NCBI GenBank assembly: GCA_002269645.1
Contig: NIVC01000099.1
Coordinates: 496,001 to 560,000 of the forward strand
Reading direction: 5' to 3'
DNA length: 64,000 nucleotides
Origin: Macrostomum lignano
Lineage: Eukaryota
Each line of letters opens with the position of its first letter. The first letter of the stretch is position 1. A program made the position numbers and the translations under genes. This document shows, piece by piece, positions 11,041-24,328 of the stretch. The notes below the pieces were generated by a model. It was not told where the DNA came from, made no database searches, and worked only from the letters and a program-made list of their open reading frames with translations.

Positions 11041-12357
11041 TGTTGAATCCTTTCGTACTCGTTGATGCAGTTGCTTTGTCAACAGTTGCTTAGCAATTAC
11101 TTTTCATTGTCGGTATTTCTCTCCTGAAATGGGAAAAAGCACATGGCTGTTTTAATTTGTTTTGGCTGTAACGGTGCAACACCAGTCATGCATACAGTGA
11201 ATCTTTAGCATAGAAGCTTTCCTAGTCGTAACTATCCTGGTCTCAGGAATAAAATCAACTTTTGTTATGTCACATTGGTTCGTGTGCACTATTAAATTCC
11301 TTTGGCTACGGCCTCGCCTTTTATTTCTTATACTTTCTCTGCAGAATTTTGTCTCGAGGAACTAAGTACAGACTCAAGTTTGCACAGCTGTAACCCTAGT
11401 TTTGTGTTCAAGTGCCAATCAATTTTGTGAATTTGTCGAGTAATTCTAGTTTAGTTTGGCCTTATATAACTATCGAGGCGTGTCTTGCTTACCGGCTTAG
11501 TTATTGTCAGAAGGCTTCGTTTATAATCCAAGGTAGAAAAGAATGAGGGCTGGAACTCTACCTTCAACTGAATAGAAGACTTTACAGTGGCTTCAGAATT
11601 CTGCCACTTAAATATGCGGCCATTGTTGAGTCTGTATGTCTGCACTCTGATTGGGCCGACACTTTGCCGAGCCAATAGCCAAGTCGCATTTAACCTCCAA
11701 AGATTTCTCCGCTGGCAAGTTTTTTACCCTATGAAGAGGCTGGAAGATTTTGGTCAGCAAGCATCATAATTTGCGTGCTTGTCAGTCAGATTTTCATTAT
11801 CCATTTTGCAGCTTGCTGTCTGCTAAGTTCCCGTCAATCAATGTGCCAGCTGGGGGGGGGGGCATGCAACAGAAAATTGCAATTTTCCTGGCTCCAGTTT
11901 GCAACCACTATGGGAATTCTTTCGCTTTCATTATTGCTTGTAGCACCGATGTACTTTTAGTCTAAGATTTTGCCATCTCGGATCGCAGCCGATGCGATGC
12001 ACTCTAATCTGATTCATTAGCCGCCTTAATCAGCGTTTTTGGCTGTGAGACCCGGCCAAAGTTGCTCCTCTGGGTTTTTTTGCCCCCCTTCTACTGCAGC
12101 TGAAAGATCCGGACCCTTTGAGTCCGCGATTTGGCTTGCTTTGAGGATCGGCTCAGCGGGACTTTGCTTTGCATCTCCGCTTGATTTATCTTGTTCTGCG
12201 CCATGCATTTTTATTTTTATTTATCACTATCCACCATCTCTGTGCTGTGCGCTCTCCATCATGCTCAGCTGCACTCTTGCGCTCCTGAAGACTTTCAACT
12301 ACGAGATCTTACGGCTTGCCTTCCCTTCTCTTGCTGCATTGGAGCTTAAAAGTAGCT

Positions 12358-12401
12358 TCTGCCTGTCTGTCTGTCTGTCTGTCTGTCTGCCTGTCTGTCT
12401 C

Positions 12402-12460
<59 letters not shown>

Positions 12461-12571
12461 GCCTGTCTGTCTGTCTGCCTGTCTGCCTGTCTTCCTGTCT
12501 GTCTATCTGTCTGTATGTATGTATGTCTGTCTGCCTGTCTATCTGTCTGTCTGTCTGTCTGTCTGTATGTA

Positions 12572-12612
<41 letters not shown>

Positions 12613-12645
12613 GTCTGTCTGTCTGTCTGCCTGTCTGTCTGCCTA
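12358..12645. repeat. (CTGT)n tetranucleotide microsatellite
   Basis: Direct reading. Confidence 0.98.
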
Positions 12646-14212
12646 CCATCTTTTCCATTCCCCGCTTTCAGGATGTAGCTACAAATTTCCCGCTTTAGCG
12701 ATGAAAACTGAAATGATTCAAGCGTATAGAGAATTTATTCCGTCAATTTGTGTTTCGTGGAGACAGATCGCGCTGCTGGCTAAATAAGTTTATTGCGTTT
12801 TTTTACAAATAATCGCGCAAAATTTATTTCCAGTTTTCCATGCACCCGCAACCGGGGGAAGGGCATTAATCTCCCTATCATTTATTTCAAGCGCTCCGCA
12901 AGTCAAGCCCCGTTCGACCTCGCAGCCGGCAACTCATCGGTTCCTGCGCCAATTCTGTTCGCGCCTGCTTGCGCGTTGCTTATTTTGATGCAGCACTTTT
13001 GCCGCCATGTCCGTGGAGTGCCGGATAAAGAGTCTGTCTGGAGTGAAATACAATGTAGCTAGGTGATGCTTCTGATTAATGAATATTAATGGATTTCTCT
13101 TTCACTCGGTTTCGAATTTGGCGGCACGGAAGCGATGTTCAAACCGATGGTTTCCTATCCAGATGCTCTATTTAGAAGTCCATGCCTGTGCCGTATCAAA
13201 GTTCTGCAGCCTCGCAGTTCGCCCTCCTCTCTCCACTCCTGCCAAACTCTCTCGACTGCGCCTATTCGCTCAATTAATTATTGTGCCGGGAACCCGCCTG
13301 ACGGGCACTAAAATGTATTTTTATTTCTGGGAAAATGTTTGCGAGTTTTTAATTGCTGTGTTCTCTCTCTGTTTCTCTCGCTCTCTCTGACAGACCCGCC
13401 CTGTTGCTCGCCGCTAAATGCAGCGCAATTCACTCAATGCCCGCAACGCATGCGCAGTCGCACGCTTTCTCTCGGCCAATCTCAGAGTACACCATGTCAC
13501 TCTTAGTTGTTGAGAATTTATTTGTTTGCTGTTCAGCCTGCTCAAGACATACAGGTCAGAACCGGTGGGGTTGATGGGACAGAGTTGCCAATTTGTGCTC
13601 ATTGCTAATTAGCCAAGGAATTACTAGGAATTCCCGGGTTCGATTCCTTACAAATTGGTTAGAATACACGCACACAGAATATGCCTCATGATGAAGTTTT
13701 ACTTGTGCTTAGAAAGAAGCTGACTGCTGTATCGGCTCTACCGATATGTGTCGCGTATAATTTAATAAATAAACTCTCTATTTATTTGCAGATTGTAAAA
13801 TTCAATTCAACAGTCTGTGAATAGCTCTTTTATATATCCTAAATATCTGGGATGTAATTTATTAATCTGGGGTGGGGGGACTCGCCAGGAATGCAAGAAT
13901 TCGTTCCATGGCCGGTTAATTCCGGTTTCGCTACATCGCCAAGCCCTCTGGCTGCGGGTCAGATGAACAGGCGAATATCATTTTTTTCTTAGCGGCTGCT
14001 TCGCTTAATTTTTCGGGTGTCAGTCTGCGGCTGAACGATGTGCCGATGTGCAGCTGATGTAGCTTGGAAGCTGCTGGACACAAGTGGAAAGGATTGTAAA
14101 GTGTTAAAAAAGGTAAAATGAGGGAAGTGTTGCTGCCCGGGCGCTGTGCTGGCATTCCACTCCCCTTCCCAGTTTCAAACAGCTGGCACTCAATCTTCTG
14201 CCTAATCTTCAG

Positions 14213-15627
14213 GCTTCATCCTGAAGCTGAGCGGCCCGACCTCTCCATTCAGCCCAGGTACCATTCAGTCTGGGGGTTGGGCAATCGATATGCACAGGTG
14301 TACGGGAGCAGACAGGGTGAATTGCAGTTTGTCTGGCATGCATTGTCCTGCTCTTACACTCCCATCCACTCAATTAGTCTATTGTGCTCATCTACGGCAG
14401 TACTGCTGCATATTTGCGCCTCAATTTGCCTTCTCAGTGCTGTCCTCAGTTGCCCTCGCGTATTTTGCTGAGCTATTTGAGGTTGTCTGTCCATTGTTCA
14501 GCTTTAACTGTAAATTTTTGATACGCTGCACTCGCTACTTGAAGTACTCGTAGTTCAAGTAAACTCTTTCTACAATTCAATGTTTTTAATGCAGCGTCGA
14601 GAACGCCGCAATTTCCTGGACCGTTCACCGCGCAGGACGAGCTGCAGCGGTCAGCTGACTGCCAGCTGAACACCTCCGTCAGTGGAGCCGCAGTTCACGC
14701 CTCGTACACCTTCGCCGAGTTTGCTAGCTCAACTGCCGACTCGTCGGTAGCTGCGACCTCCACGACTACCGAACCGACGGAGAACAGCTTGGAAAGTTCT
14801 GTTAGGTCCGATACGGAATTGATGACCAAGAGTGAGTTCAAGTTTAGCGAATAGTTCAGTCTTCCGATATGTGTCGAAACTAGCTTCTCCCTCTACCCGA
14901 TATGTATCGAAACTAGCTATTCCTTCTATCCGATATGTATCGAAACTAGCTGTTCCTTCTATCCGATATGTATCGAAACTAGCTATTCCTTCTATCCGAT
15001 ATGTATCGAAACTAGCTGTTCCTTCTATCCGATATGTATCGAAACTAGCTGTTCCTTCTATCCGATATGTATCGAAACTAGCTGTTCTTTCTATCCGATA
15101 TGTATCGAAACTAGCTGTTCCTTCTATCCGATATGTATCGAAACTAGCTGTTCCTTCTACCCGATGTGTATCGAAACTAGCTGTTCCTTCTACCCGATGT
15201 GTATCGAAACTAGCTATTCCTTCTACCCGATATGTATCGAAACTAGCTATTCCTTCTATCCGATATGTATCGAAACTAGCTGTTCCTTCTATCCGATATG
15301 TATCGAAACTAGCTGTTCCTTCTATCCGATATGTATCGAAACTAGCTTTACCTCTTACAAGTTCGTGAACCAAAGGCGCTGTACTGTCATTTTACTTACT
15401 ATTATACAGACGATTCATCGCGAAAGACGCCGCTGGCTCGAATCCGCGCCTCATTTCGAAGTTTCATGGGCGGCAGTGGAGGCGGCGGCAGACCGACGGC
15501 GGCATCCTCAGCGCCCCCCAAGCTGGCCCGCGATCAGTGGCACCGCCGGGCTTGTCGCAGGCGCCGGGTCAGAAGCCGAAATGATGGGGACGGACTCTGC
15601 TGCGACTTGTATAACAATGAGCAATAA
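14213..15627 (+). CDS. Putative 3' exons of an orphan spliced gene: 14213-14257, 14595-14831, 15410-15627 (5' exons not found)
   Basis: Three exon-like blocks joined by phase-1 GT-AG introns give a continuous frame: FILKLSGPTSPFSP-ASRTPQFPGP...TELMTK-NDSSRKTPLARIRASF...LCCDLYNNEQ*. No domain recognised. Confidence 0.4.
14864..15347. repeat. 33-bp minisatellite (CCGATATGTATCGAAACTAGCTGTTCCTTCTAT), ~14.5 copies, inside the predicted intron
   Basis: Period 33. It accounts for the repetitive ORFs on both strands. Confidence 0.97.
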
Positions 15628-17620
15628 GTACTTGAAATGCTGTTTCCTAAATAGCCATAGCTCTGTCTAATCTGAATATTGCATTTTTATTTCCTTTATT
15701 AATATTTACAATATCTTCTTACTCAACTTTTCGTCTACAAGTGAGCTACCTTTCCGATTAAAAACTTGCAGTTGAATCTCCAGTTTTACGATTCCATTGT
15801 TTTTGTATTTCGATTTTTACAAACCATTTTTCTCATAGAGATCATATTGAAAATAATATAAAACTGCATTGTGGACGGTGTAGAACTGGAATAGAATATC
15901 AATCAATATTCGATTCTGTAGCCTCGAATCCCACATGTTTGTGCTTGTGATTTTCTTATTTTAAAGTGACACAGTGACAGTTTTAAAGGACACTTCAAAT
16001 CGAAAACTGCCATCAGGAAAAGCTCATACATGTATTTATTCATGTATTTATAAAGTGCTTAGGTGTTGTAAAGTCAAGTTTTTTATATGACTAAATGCGC
16101 TTACATGTAACGAATAATTAACGTACTGCTTACAATAGTCTATATCTAATTAATACTATAAAAAGTGGTGCATGCCTAATGTTCGTACACCTTACACGTG
16201 CTTGCACTGTATGAGCGCCAACGGTTAGAGGTAAATCAAGATGGCCAAAAAAAAGTCTGCCTAGCATTGCGATAAGTTTACATGTACACCTCAACCTTAT
16301 GCCACAAAACAACTGACCGCGAAAGTAAACGCGATGAATATATGGACCAGGAAAAACTATATTACTGTTGCCAACAGAATCAGCCGTTGCGAGGATTCCG
16401 AACTTCGTTGAATATTTGTCTTACGGAATTTTTAAGGTTTGCTTCGGCTTCAGTTCTTTTTTTTATAAAACTCTCTAGCACATGTATCTACACGCTAAAA
16501 TTGCAGAAAAATTAAAATTGTAATGATTTTAATAATTGTTGGTATTGATTAGTTGCATTAAAATATTGCTTAAACCCAGATACAGATCCGGTAAAATAAT
16601 AACTATGTATTATAACAAAAAGTAGTAATAAATTGTTGCCCTTGTTATTTAAAAACTCTACAAGCTATTTTGTGATTGCAAAAGGTAATTTTATTCTGTT
16701 TTTTATATTTAATTATCACAACTATATTTTATGTTTTTGTATTGATCCTATAATTTATTCTACAGAAATAAGTACAATTTTAAGGGCATTCTAGAATAGA
16801 ACTCTCCAAGGTTACTTTGGCTTTGTATCAAATTACATGGGTGTGGCAAATCGCTTCTTACTAAATTCTTTCTACTCGGTAAAATATCTTGTTTTCACAT
16901 TTCCAGTGCTTTTAAATATCATTGTTCTAGTAACATTAATTTTAGATTTTTTAATTTTTTTTTTTACTACTTTGCTTTTAGGGTCAAATTGTAGCGATCT
17001 GTATTGTTTTCTCAAATGTAATTACAATAGTTTAAAAACTTACTCGCTAAACATTGAAGAAAAAAGCAAACTCGCGATTAACCTTAAAATGAAAAAGCAG
17101 CATCTGTAGAAGCAATTTTTAATAGGAAATGCATTTTGACTTTTTTAATTGTTGTTTCTGTGTTCGAATGGATTATTTCGTGTTAAACCTACAGAAATAA
17201 GATGCGTTTTTACCTTTATTAACAATAGATATTAGAAGCCACTGAACTAAAATAAATTGGTAAATTTAATGTTGAATAGACTTATCAATATATCTACAGC
17301 TTATATTATTTCATACATAATATTTTATAATATGTAGAATTCAGTTAAATCCTCTATTTTATTGATATTATTGATTTAATTTTTTGGGATGATGATACAG
17401 TATAGTTTATCTCATAATCTGTTATTATTAGAAAACTTCCAAATAAAGACAACAAAGAATAAACGAGATGTCCAAGTCTTTGTAAGATAGTTTCTTTGGA
17501 AATTCGTGACATAATTAAAAAATGTGCTGAAAAAAAATCAACTGTCTTCTTCTATTTAATTTTTACTAAATAAGCATCTAAACTTTTATTACTGACATCT
17601 AGAAGTGCACTTGACTGCCA

Positions 17621-20600
17621 ATGACTTCAGCATTTTATGATACCCAGCTTGAGCAGATTAATTTTGAAATTCAAGAATGTGAAAATGAGTAAGTCAATGT
17701 TTTTGTTGCTCTTTTGGCTAACGTGAAAATGGCTGAACACTTGTAGTGACGCTTAAAAACCGGCAGGATCCAGGAGGTGCTGGCAGGGCTGCTGGAACAT
17801 GCTCAGGCCGAGCTGCCGACAGCCCGTCCCTCGGACAGCCTCCTGGCGGTGATGGAGTCCATGACGCTGCAGAACTCCGTGGAGAGGACGGCCTGTCACG
17901 ACACCAACGCGCAGCGGGTCGGCGAGCTGCTGGAACAGCTGATTGGCGGGCTGGACCGGGGCGAGCTGACGCCTCTGCAGGTGGGTGCTTCGCTTCTTTT
18001 TTGTTTATTTAACACCGCTCTGCACTTTGTGCAAGATTCTAAAAAGCAGCGGTTGGAAGTTTACTTAAGTTTTTTAACATTAAATGCATCTGATACTAAC
18101 AAAGTACTGTGAATAGTGCACTTTAGGGCTGCTGACTTCGTAACCTTGCCCGTTTAAGCTTCATGTAAACAAAGTTTAAAGTTTGAAAATTGGCCAAAAA
18201 GTAGGGAATATTCATTCAAGATTTTGAGTTGGCCCGCCCGCGTGCTCTAGTTTTCAGCCGAAGCAGTGTTAAAGCACATATTAGATTCGAAGTTCGCTAT
18301 AGAACCAACTCGCAAATGTAGACACGTGCTCAGAGTTCTGTTTAACCATCAACCCTACCGGTACGCAAAGAAAAGATCCGCTTCACATTTTTGTTTCGCT
18401 ACTCGTTAGTAGTAAGTAAATCTCTTGTTTCGCGATTCCTCCTGCTCCAATAGGCGGCTCACGGCCTCATCTTCCTCACCGCCGAGCGCGGCGTCCTGCT
18501 GCCTTTCTCCACCGCCGTGAAGTCCACCTCGGCGGACTCGGACTCTCGCTCGGTGTCCACCGTGTCGCTCAACAGCGTCGAGGACAGCCTTGAACGGAGC
18601 AACGACGCCCTGTGGAACAGCCTGGCTGGCAAGGTGACGCGGCACCTTATCACGGCGCTGAGCGCGGAGCCTCCGGCCGGCTCGAAGCTCGACGAATCTT
18701 TCAGCGAAGCCGCGGCCAGGCGGCTGCGGTTCCAGCAGGGCATCGAGGTGCTGCAGCTGTTCAACTCTGCGCAGCGGTCCTGGCAGGTAGGCCGGATTTC
18801 AACTGGGCCAATTGTATCAGTGGGTCAGCCAGCCGCATCCAAGCACTTGAACTCGCGCCCTCCCGCAGGTGTTCAAGCAGATCCGCATGAGCCACCTGGA
18901 GCGGCTGATCGACCGGCTCTTCTACACGCAGCAGTCCGGCGGGCACAAGCGCCGCACCCTGTCCGAGGTGTCCGCGAATTTCCCCACCTTCGCCTCGGCG
19001 GCCGTGGCGATGATGCGCGAGGACTTCGACCTGATCCGGGCGGACTACTTCCCCACCATCGGCAACTCGCAGGACAGCGTCATCAACATCTACCTGGACT
19101 ACGTGTGCCAGGAGCTCGCCGACTTTGCGCACACGCTGGAGCGGACGCTGACCGAGTCGTCCGCTAAGCAATCGGGTGGCGCTCGGGGCGGCAGCGGTGG
19201 CACAGTGCACTTCTTCTCCAACTTAGCTAACGATGCGCTGAGTTTGGACACCCTGCTGCAGGTGTGTGCGGGTGAATGTGTGCAGAGGTGACCCTGCTGC
19301 AGGTGTGTGCGGGTGAATATGTGCAGAGGTGACCTTGCTGCAGGTGTGATTGTGCTCAAGGCTGATGAACCTTACCACGAGGCGAAACCTGGAACCTAAT
19401 GCCAGGACTCCGTGATCCCTTGAGTACGCTATTCCCCAACGCGCCATCCCAGATCACAGACCTGCTGGCCACCCTGGCGGGCCTCGAGCGCGACTTCGTG
19501 TCGGTGGCCAACGACTACTGGTCGGCCAGCACGCACGGGCTGGACCAGCTGCAGCTGAGCAGCCTGTCCTCCATCGGGGCGGAAAAGCCGCGCGGGGTGC
19601 TCAAACGGCGCCAGTCGAATCCGGCGATGCTCGGCGGCGACCGGCGGATGAGCATCGCCTCTGAGCAGGTGAGACTGGCCTCAGCTCAGCAACAATTTAG
19701 TTGAGAGTGACCGCTAAGTCCTTTTATTCGTTCTACTTTAAGAGGCAAGGTGTACATTTGAAGGTTACATTTTTCCCGCTCTCCCAACCAACTTGCAGGG
19801 CATCCTTGTGGTCTCGCACGACGAGAGCAGCGTGGTGCTGGAGACGAGCAGCCAGCTGCAGCCTCTGCTGCAGTGGCAGGCCGAGCTCGAGCCCTACTTC
19901 CCCGTGCTGGCCCGCTCGCTGGAGCACCAGCTGCACCAGAGCTGGCAGCGGACCTACTCAGACCGGATCCGCTGCTCTGTGGACGAGTCGGTGCGGCAGG
20001 GCCGGCTGGATTTCCCGCAGCTGATCCACAAGTCGCTGCAGGACTACACCCAGCTGGTGCAGCGCCTCATGCGCCTCGCCGTGTTCTGCACCGACGGCGG
20101 CGGCTCCTCCGGCCTGCTGCTCAAGTCGCTGGTGGCTACCGTGCAGCTGCACTTCCACGCCATGGCCAGCGCGCACTCAGCCCTGCTGGACGGCAGCGGC
20201 GGAGGCGACGGCGGAGGCGGCGGCGGAGGCTCGCCGGCCCCGGCCGACGGCATCCCGGACGCCGAGTTCCCCATCCGCATCGGGGACGCCGCCTACGCCA
20301 TGCACGTGTGCGGCCACCTGGCGCAGAGCCTGGCCGGCTGCCACGCCGAGTCCAGCAGCGCCATGTACGCCCTGCACAAGACCTTCTCGGCCCTGCTGCA
20401 CCGGCTGACCGGGGAGGCCGAGCTGCGCTACTCGCAGAACTTTCTCACCTGCCTGCTGTTCGACGCCGGCTCCAACTATTGGGAGGACGGGCAGGAGTTT
20501 CACGACGAGACTCGCGTGTCCTTCAGCGTGGAGAGGTGAGCTGGCGTAGCTGCAGTGGGCATGCCAGTTCAAACTGTATGAGTGCATGACTGCGCTGCTC

Positions 20601-23600
20601 AGGGGTCAGCTTGTCACACTGTCACCTTGATTTTTGCAGCTGCTCAAAGCCCCCTGCAGCAAATTGAACAAGCAAATTCACCCCAAACCAACCATGCCGC
20701 TGCCAGGTGGTACCTGGAGCTGCGGCGCATCTGGCATTCGCTCAGCTCCACCTGCCCGCACGAGATCAGCCGCTGCGTGCTGCTGTCGCTGCTGGAGAAG
20801 ACCCTCGGCTTTCTGCTTCAGCGATACGCGCAGGCGACGCCCTCGCACAGGCGGGTGAACCAGTACAGAGCTGACATCACCGCGATCCTCATGATGACGG
20901 AGGACCTGCTGTACGCCGTGTGCGAGCACGCTGAGCAGGTAAAGTGGCTTTTGGCAGGGTCAGTTACCGATCCGCACCCTCTAACCCGAGCCCACAATTG
21001 TACACCCGCCTGCCTACTTGAGAATCCTCCAGCCCACAATTGTACACCCGCCTGCCTACTCAGGAGTCCCCAGCCCACAATTGTACACCCGCCTGCCTAC
21101 TCAGGAATCCCCAGCCCACAATTGTACAGTCGCACGATCGAGCAAAGTCATAACTGCAGTCAGAAAATGCTTCCAGGTCACGAACCCGGACCAGCTGGAG
21201 GACGCGAGCATCTGCTTTGTGCACAACTGCTGCAGCGGCTTGCTGGCCTGCTTGGCCGTCGTGTCCTCGCCGCTGGCGGACCTGCACCGCGCCTTCCGCA
21301 AAGGGCTCGGCGCCGCCGGCGGCAAGTCCTCCTCGTCGAAGTCATCGGATCGGCAGACGGCGGCAGGCGGCGAGTCCGTCAGCGGCTCGTGCACCTACTG
21401 GCTGAGCGTGGTCCGGCCTGAGATGTACTTGCCTGACGCTGTGACGTGAGTTGCTGACGATGCGAGCTTTTCTAAAACTACTCAAGCCTGAACTAAATTC
21501 AGGCAAGGCTGATAATAATAGCTCGTAATAATAATTGATTACACCTGCCCCAATTGGGCCAGATGTGCAACCGACAGCTCAGCCGCAGCTATTGCGCGGC
21601 GCATCTGAAGGCTGCGTACGGCTGTTCAGTCAAAGGACTGGGGAGGGGGGGGTCGCCACACCCAGCCTAAATTACCCCAGCTAATGCTGCCACCCATTTT
21701 ACAGCTGGGTGAACTAAGGCAATGCAGAGTTAGGTGTCTTGCTCAAGGACACAAATTGTTCCGAGTAGGTCGAAAATCGAACCCCCGACCTTCCAGTCCA
21801 ACCCTTTAACCACTAGGCTAAAATCCCTATCTACGCTGCAAAACCTATAGAAAGCTGAGAAGAGTGCTCAAAGTGCTACTCTGGCTTCAACTCGCACTAA
21901 AGACACTTGTCGAATTCGAACTTCCAGCCTGGACGCCATGCCCTGCCAGGTGGCTCTGCTCATGCAGCTCCGGCTGCTGCAGGAGTCTCCAGCCGCCAGG
22001 CACGAGCACGTGCTCGCCGCCCTGCTCATGAAGCAGTTCGCCCTGTCCGTGCAGCTCGTCTCCCGCGCCTGCCTCTCCGCAAGTGGCAGCGACTCCGGCT
22101 GCGAGGCCACGCTGGCCTGCCTGCTGACCGTGCTGTCGCACTGCCGCGGCGCCCAGCTCGAGGGCCCGCTGCGCTGCCTGCTGCCCGTGCTGGACCGCGG
22201 CGGCGGTGGCGGCGGCGGCGGTCCCGACGATGAAGGCCAATGGGAGCATCTGGACAGGCGCCGGTTTCTCGGCTTGGCGAAGGCATCCGACGCGCCGCTG
22301 TGGCTGCGCGCGCTGGGCCGCCTGCTGGAGCCGCACCTGGAGACGGCGCTTCGGGCTGCCGTGAGCGAGGCGGCGCAGAGGAAGGCAGCGGAGCTGCAGG
22401 TGAGGGACACCAGTAAACTGGTGAACTGGTACTAAATTTACAGCTGTTTTAGCATTTTACTGCTAATCAGAGAAGTTTATTGACTTTGGGGCTGTTGGTT
22501 TTAATTGACTTTGGGGGGCTGTTGGTTTTATTGACTTCGGGGGCTGTTGGTTTTATTGACTTCGGGGGCTGTTGGTTTTATTGACTTCGGGGGCTGTTGG
22601 TTTTATTGACTTCGGGGGCTGTTGGTTTTATTGACTTCGGGGGCTGTTGGTTTTATTGACTTCGGGGGCTGTTGGTTTTATTGACTTCGGGGGCTGTTGG
22701 TTTTATTGACTTCGGGGGCTGTTGGTTTTATTGACTTCGGGGGCTGTTGGTTTTATTGACTTCGGGGGCTGTTGGTTTTATTGGCTTTGTGGGCTGTTGG
22801 TTTTATCGACTTAAGGTTTTGTTTTTATTACAACTTTTAATGCTTATTCTTGTACAAGCATTACAGGCATTACGTAACCTGATCCTGTTACGCATTTGTC
22901 TCCATGCTAACAACCACAGGTGCCAAGTCGGTCTGTCTGTCCCGCACTGCACGGCCCGCTGCCCTGCGGCTGCGCCGCCCCTGTCCCTGCCAGCCGCAGC
23001 AGTGCAGCGGCCGCTGGTTCCTCCGCGGCCGCCGCCGCCGACTCCCTGCTGGTGGCGCTGGCCGCCGAGTGGCCGCGCACCCCGCCAGCCGTGCAGTTCT
23101 GCCTGCGCGCCCTTGGCGACACCGCTGCACGCCGCGGCGCCCGACCAATCGGAGACTGCGCCGGCCTGCACATCCTGGGCGCCTGCATGGCGCAGCACCT
23201 GCGCCGCCTGCGGCTCAAAGACAGCGCCAGCGATCTTGGCCTGGGCGCCGATCCGGACGCCGTGCTGCAGCGGCTGGTCGAGGCGCTCACGGACGAGGTG
23301 CGTCGGCCAGCGTCTGTGCTGCGCATTGTGGAGGCCGTGAGTTCGCAGGTGAGCTGTCGCTGCTCATGGCAACAAAATATGGCTGAAAATTCGAACTATG
23401 AATTATGAATTTTTATGGAACACAAGTTAAGCACAACCGGCCGAGGTTAGTATGCAAATTTGCGTTGGGCAGTTGACGCAAGTTGAAAATTCAGCTGAGC
23501 TGCCAGCTTGCTAATTACGATTCAGCGCCCTGCAATATCATCAATGCCGCTCTTCGCCTCCTCTTTCTTCGCCTTCCACAGTCGGCCTCCAGCATGCTGG

Positions 23601-24328
23601 CTCCTTTCATTGACACGGTCAGCCCCGGCCCGCCGTCCGCACCGTCTGGCTGCAGCGGTGGCCAGTCCGGAGTCTCGGCCGCCTGGCAGGACCGGCGGCA
23701 GCTGGCCGCCATGCTGGCCGAGGTGGACGCGGCCGGCCACCTGCCTCACCTGGTCGGGCTCGGCCACCTGCTGCGCCGCAATGCGGAATGCCTGGCCGCC
23801 GGGCTCGGCGTGGCTGCCGCCGACGACGACGAAGTGGCAGCGGCGGCCGCCTCGGCCGGCTTCGTGTGCGACCTCGGCCCCATGGAGGCGGCGCCCTTCG
23901 ACCCGCTGCGCGCCGCCCAGCGCATGGGCAGCGACCAGCGCCGTCGCTACTTCGACGCGGACGCCGACGGCGACGCAGCCGAGGCGGCGGACCTTCGGGA
24001 CGACGAGGACGACGAAGAGGAAGACGGCAGTCCGGGCGACACCACCGAAGAGGACAGCGGAGGTCGGCGGCGACGCCGACGATCTTCGTCGAATCGAGGA
24101 AGTCGGCGAAAGAGGAGCCGCCAACGGCAGCAGAGGCGACGCGGCAGGCGGCCGAGGTTCAACTGGCCGGAGCTGCTGGCGGACGGCGGGGCGCGGCTCG
24201 GCCTCAGCCTGGTGAACTTCCGGTCTCTGCTGGGCCACCGCTGGGAGTTCACGCGGCCGGAGCTGCTGGAGGGCGACGCCGGCGCGCAGTCGATTGTGGA
24301 GGCGCTGGCGGCGAAGTTCGGCCTATGA
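17621..24328 (+). CDS. KIAA0825: KIAA0825 / DUF4495-family protein, ~1,400 aa; exons 17621-17688, 17767-17980, 18454-18786, 18869-~19271, ~19382-19668, 19799-20535, 20707-20938, 21177-21445, 21928-22399, 22920-23348, 23582-24328
   Basis: Phase-consistent GT-AG exons; the exon 4/5 junction is uncertain. Recognised from memory of the human protein: STVSLNSVEDS..LWNSL, DAGSNYWEDGQEFHDETRVSFSVERW, LLEKTLGFLLQRYAQATPSHRRVNQYRADITAILMMTEDLLYAVC, HNCCSGLLACLAVVSSPLADLHRAF, FNWPELL...FRSLLGHRWE. Confidence 0.8.
19251..19348. repeat. 41-bp tandem duplication (~2.4 copies) spanning an exon-intron junction of KIAA0825
   Basis: CCCTGCTGCAGGTGTGTGCGGGTGAATGTGTGCAGAGGTGA repeats at 19251 and 19292, with a partial copy at ~19333. 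Confidence 0.9.
20989..21128. repeat. 41-42-bp intronic minisatellite (CCCACAATTGTACACCCGCCTGCCTAC...), ~3.3 copies
   Basis: Units at 20991, 21033, 21074, 21115. Confidence 0.9.
21514..21821 (-). mobile_element. tRNA-derived CORE-type SINE (family B), copy 1, in a KIAA0825 intron
   Basis: Minus strand: TAGCCTAGTGG (A box), GGTTCGATT (B box), then TGTGTCCTTGAGCAAGACACCTAACTCTGCATTGCCTTAGTTCACCCAGCTGTAAATGGG, which resembles the MIR CORE domain. Ends in an (ATT)n-like tail. Second copy at 24961-25281. Confidence 0.75.
22478..22812. repeat. 25-bp intronic minisatellite (TTATTGACTTCGGGGGCTGTTGGTT), ~13 copies
   Basis: Period 25. Confidence 0.96.

Noticed and set aside
12039-12787. CLSV-repeat ORFs (also 30463-31503)
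   Set aside because: They derive from (CTGT)n and (GACA)n microsatellites.
14729-15373. 214-aa FDTYRIEGTAS-repeat ORF and the opposite-strand ORFs
   Set aside because: They derive from the 33-bp array, which sits in a predicted intron, and are open on both strands without codon logic.
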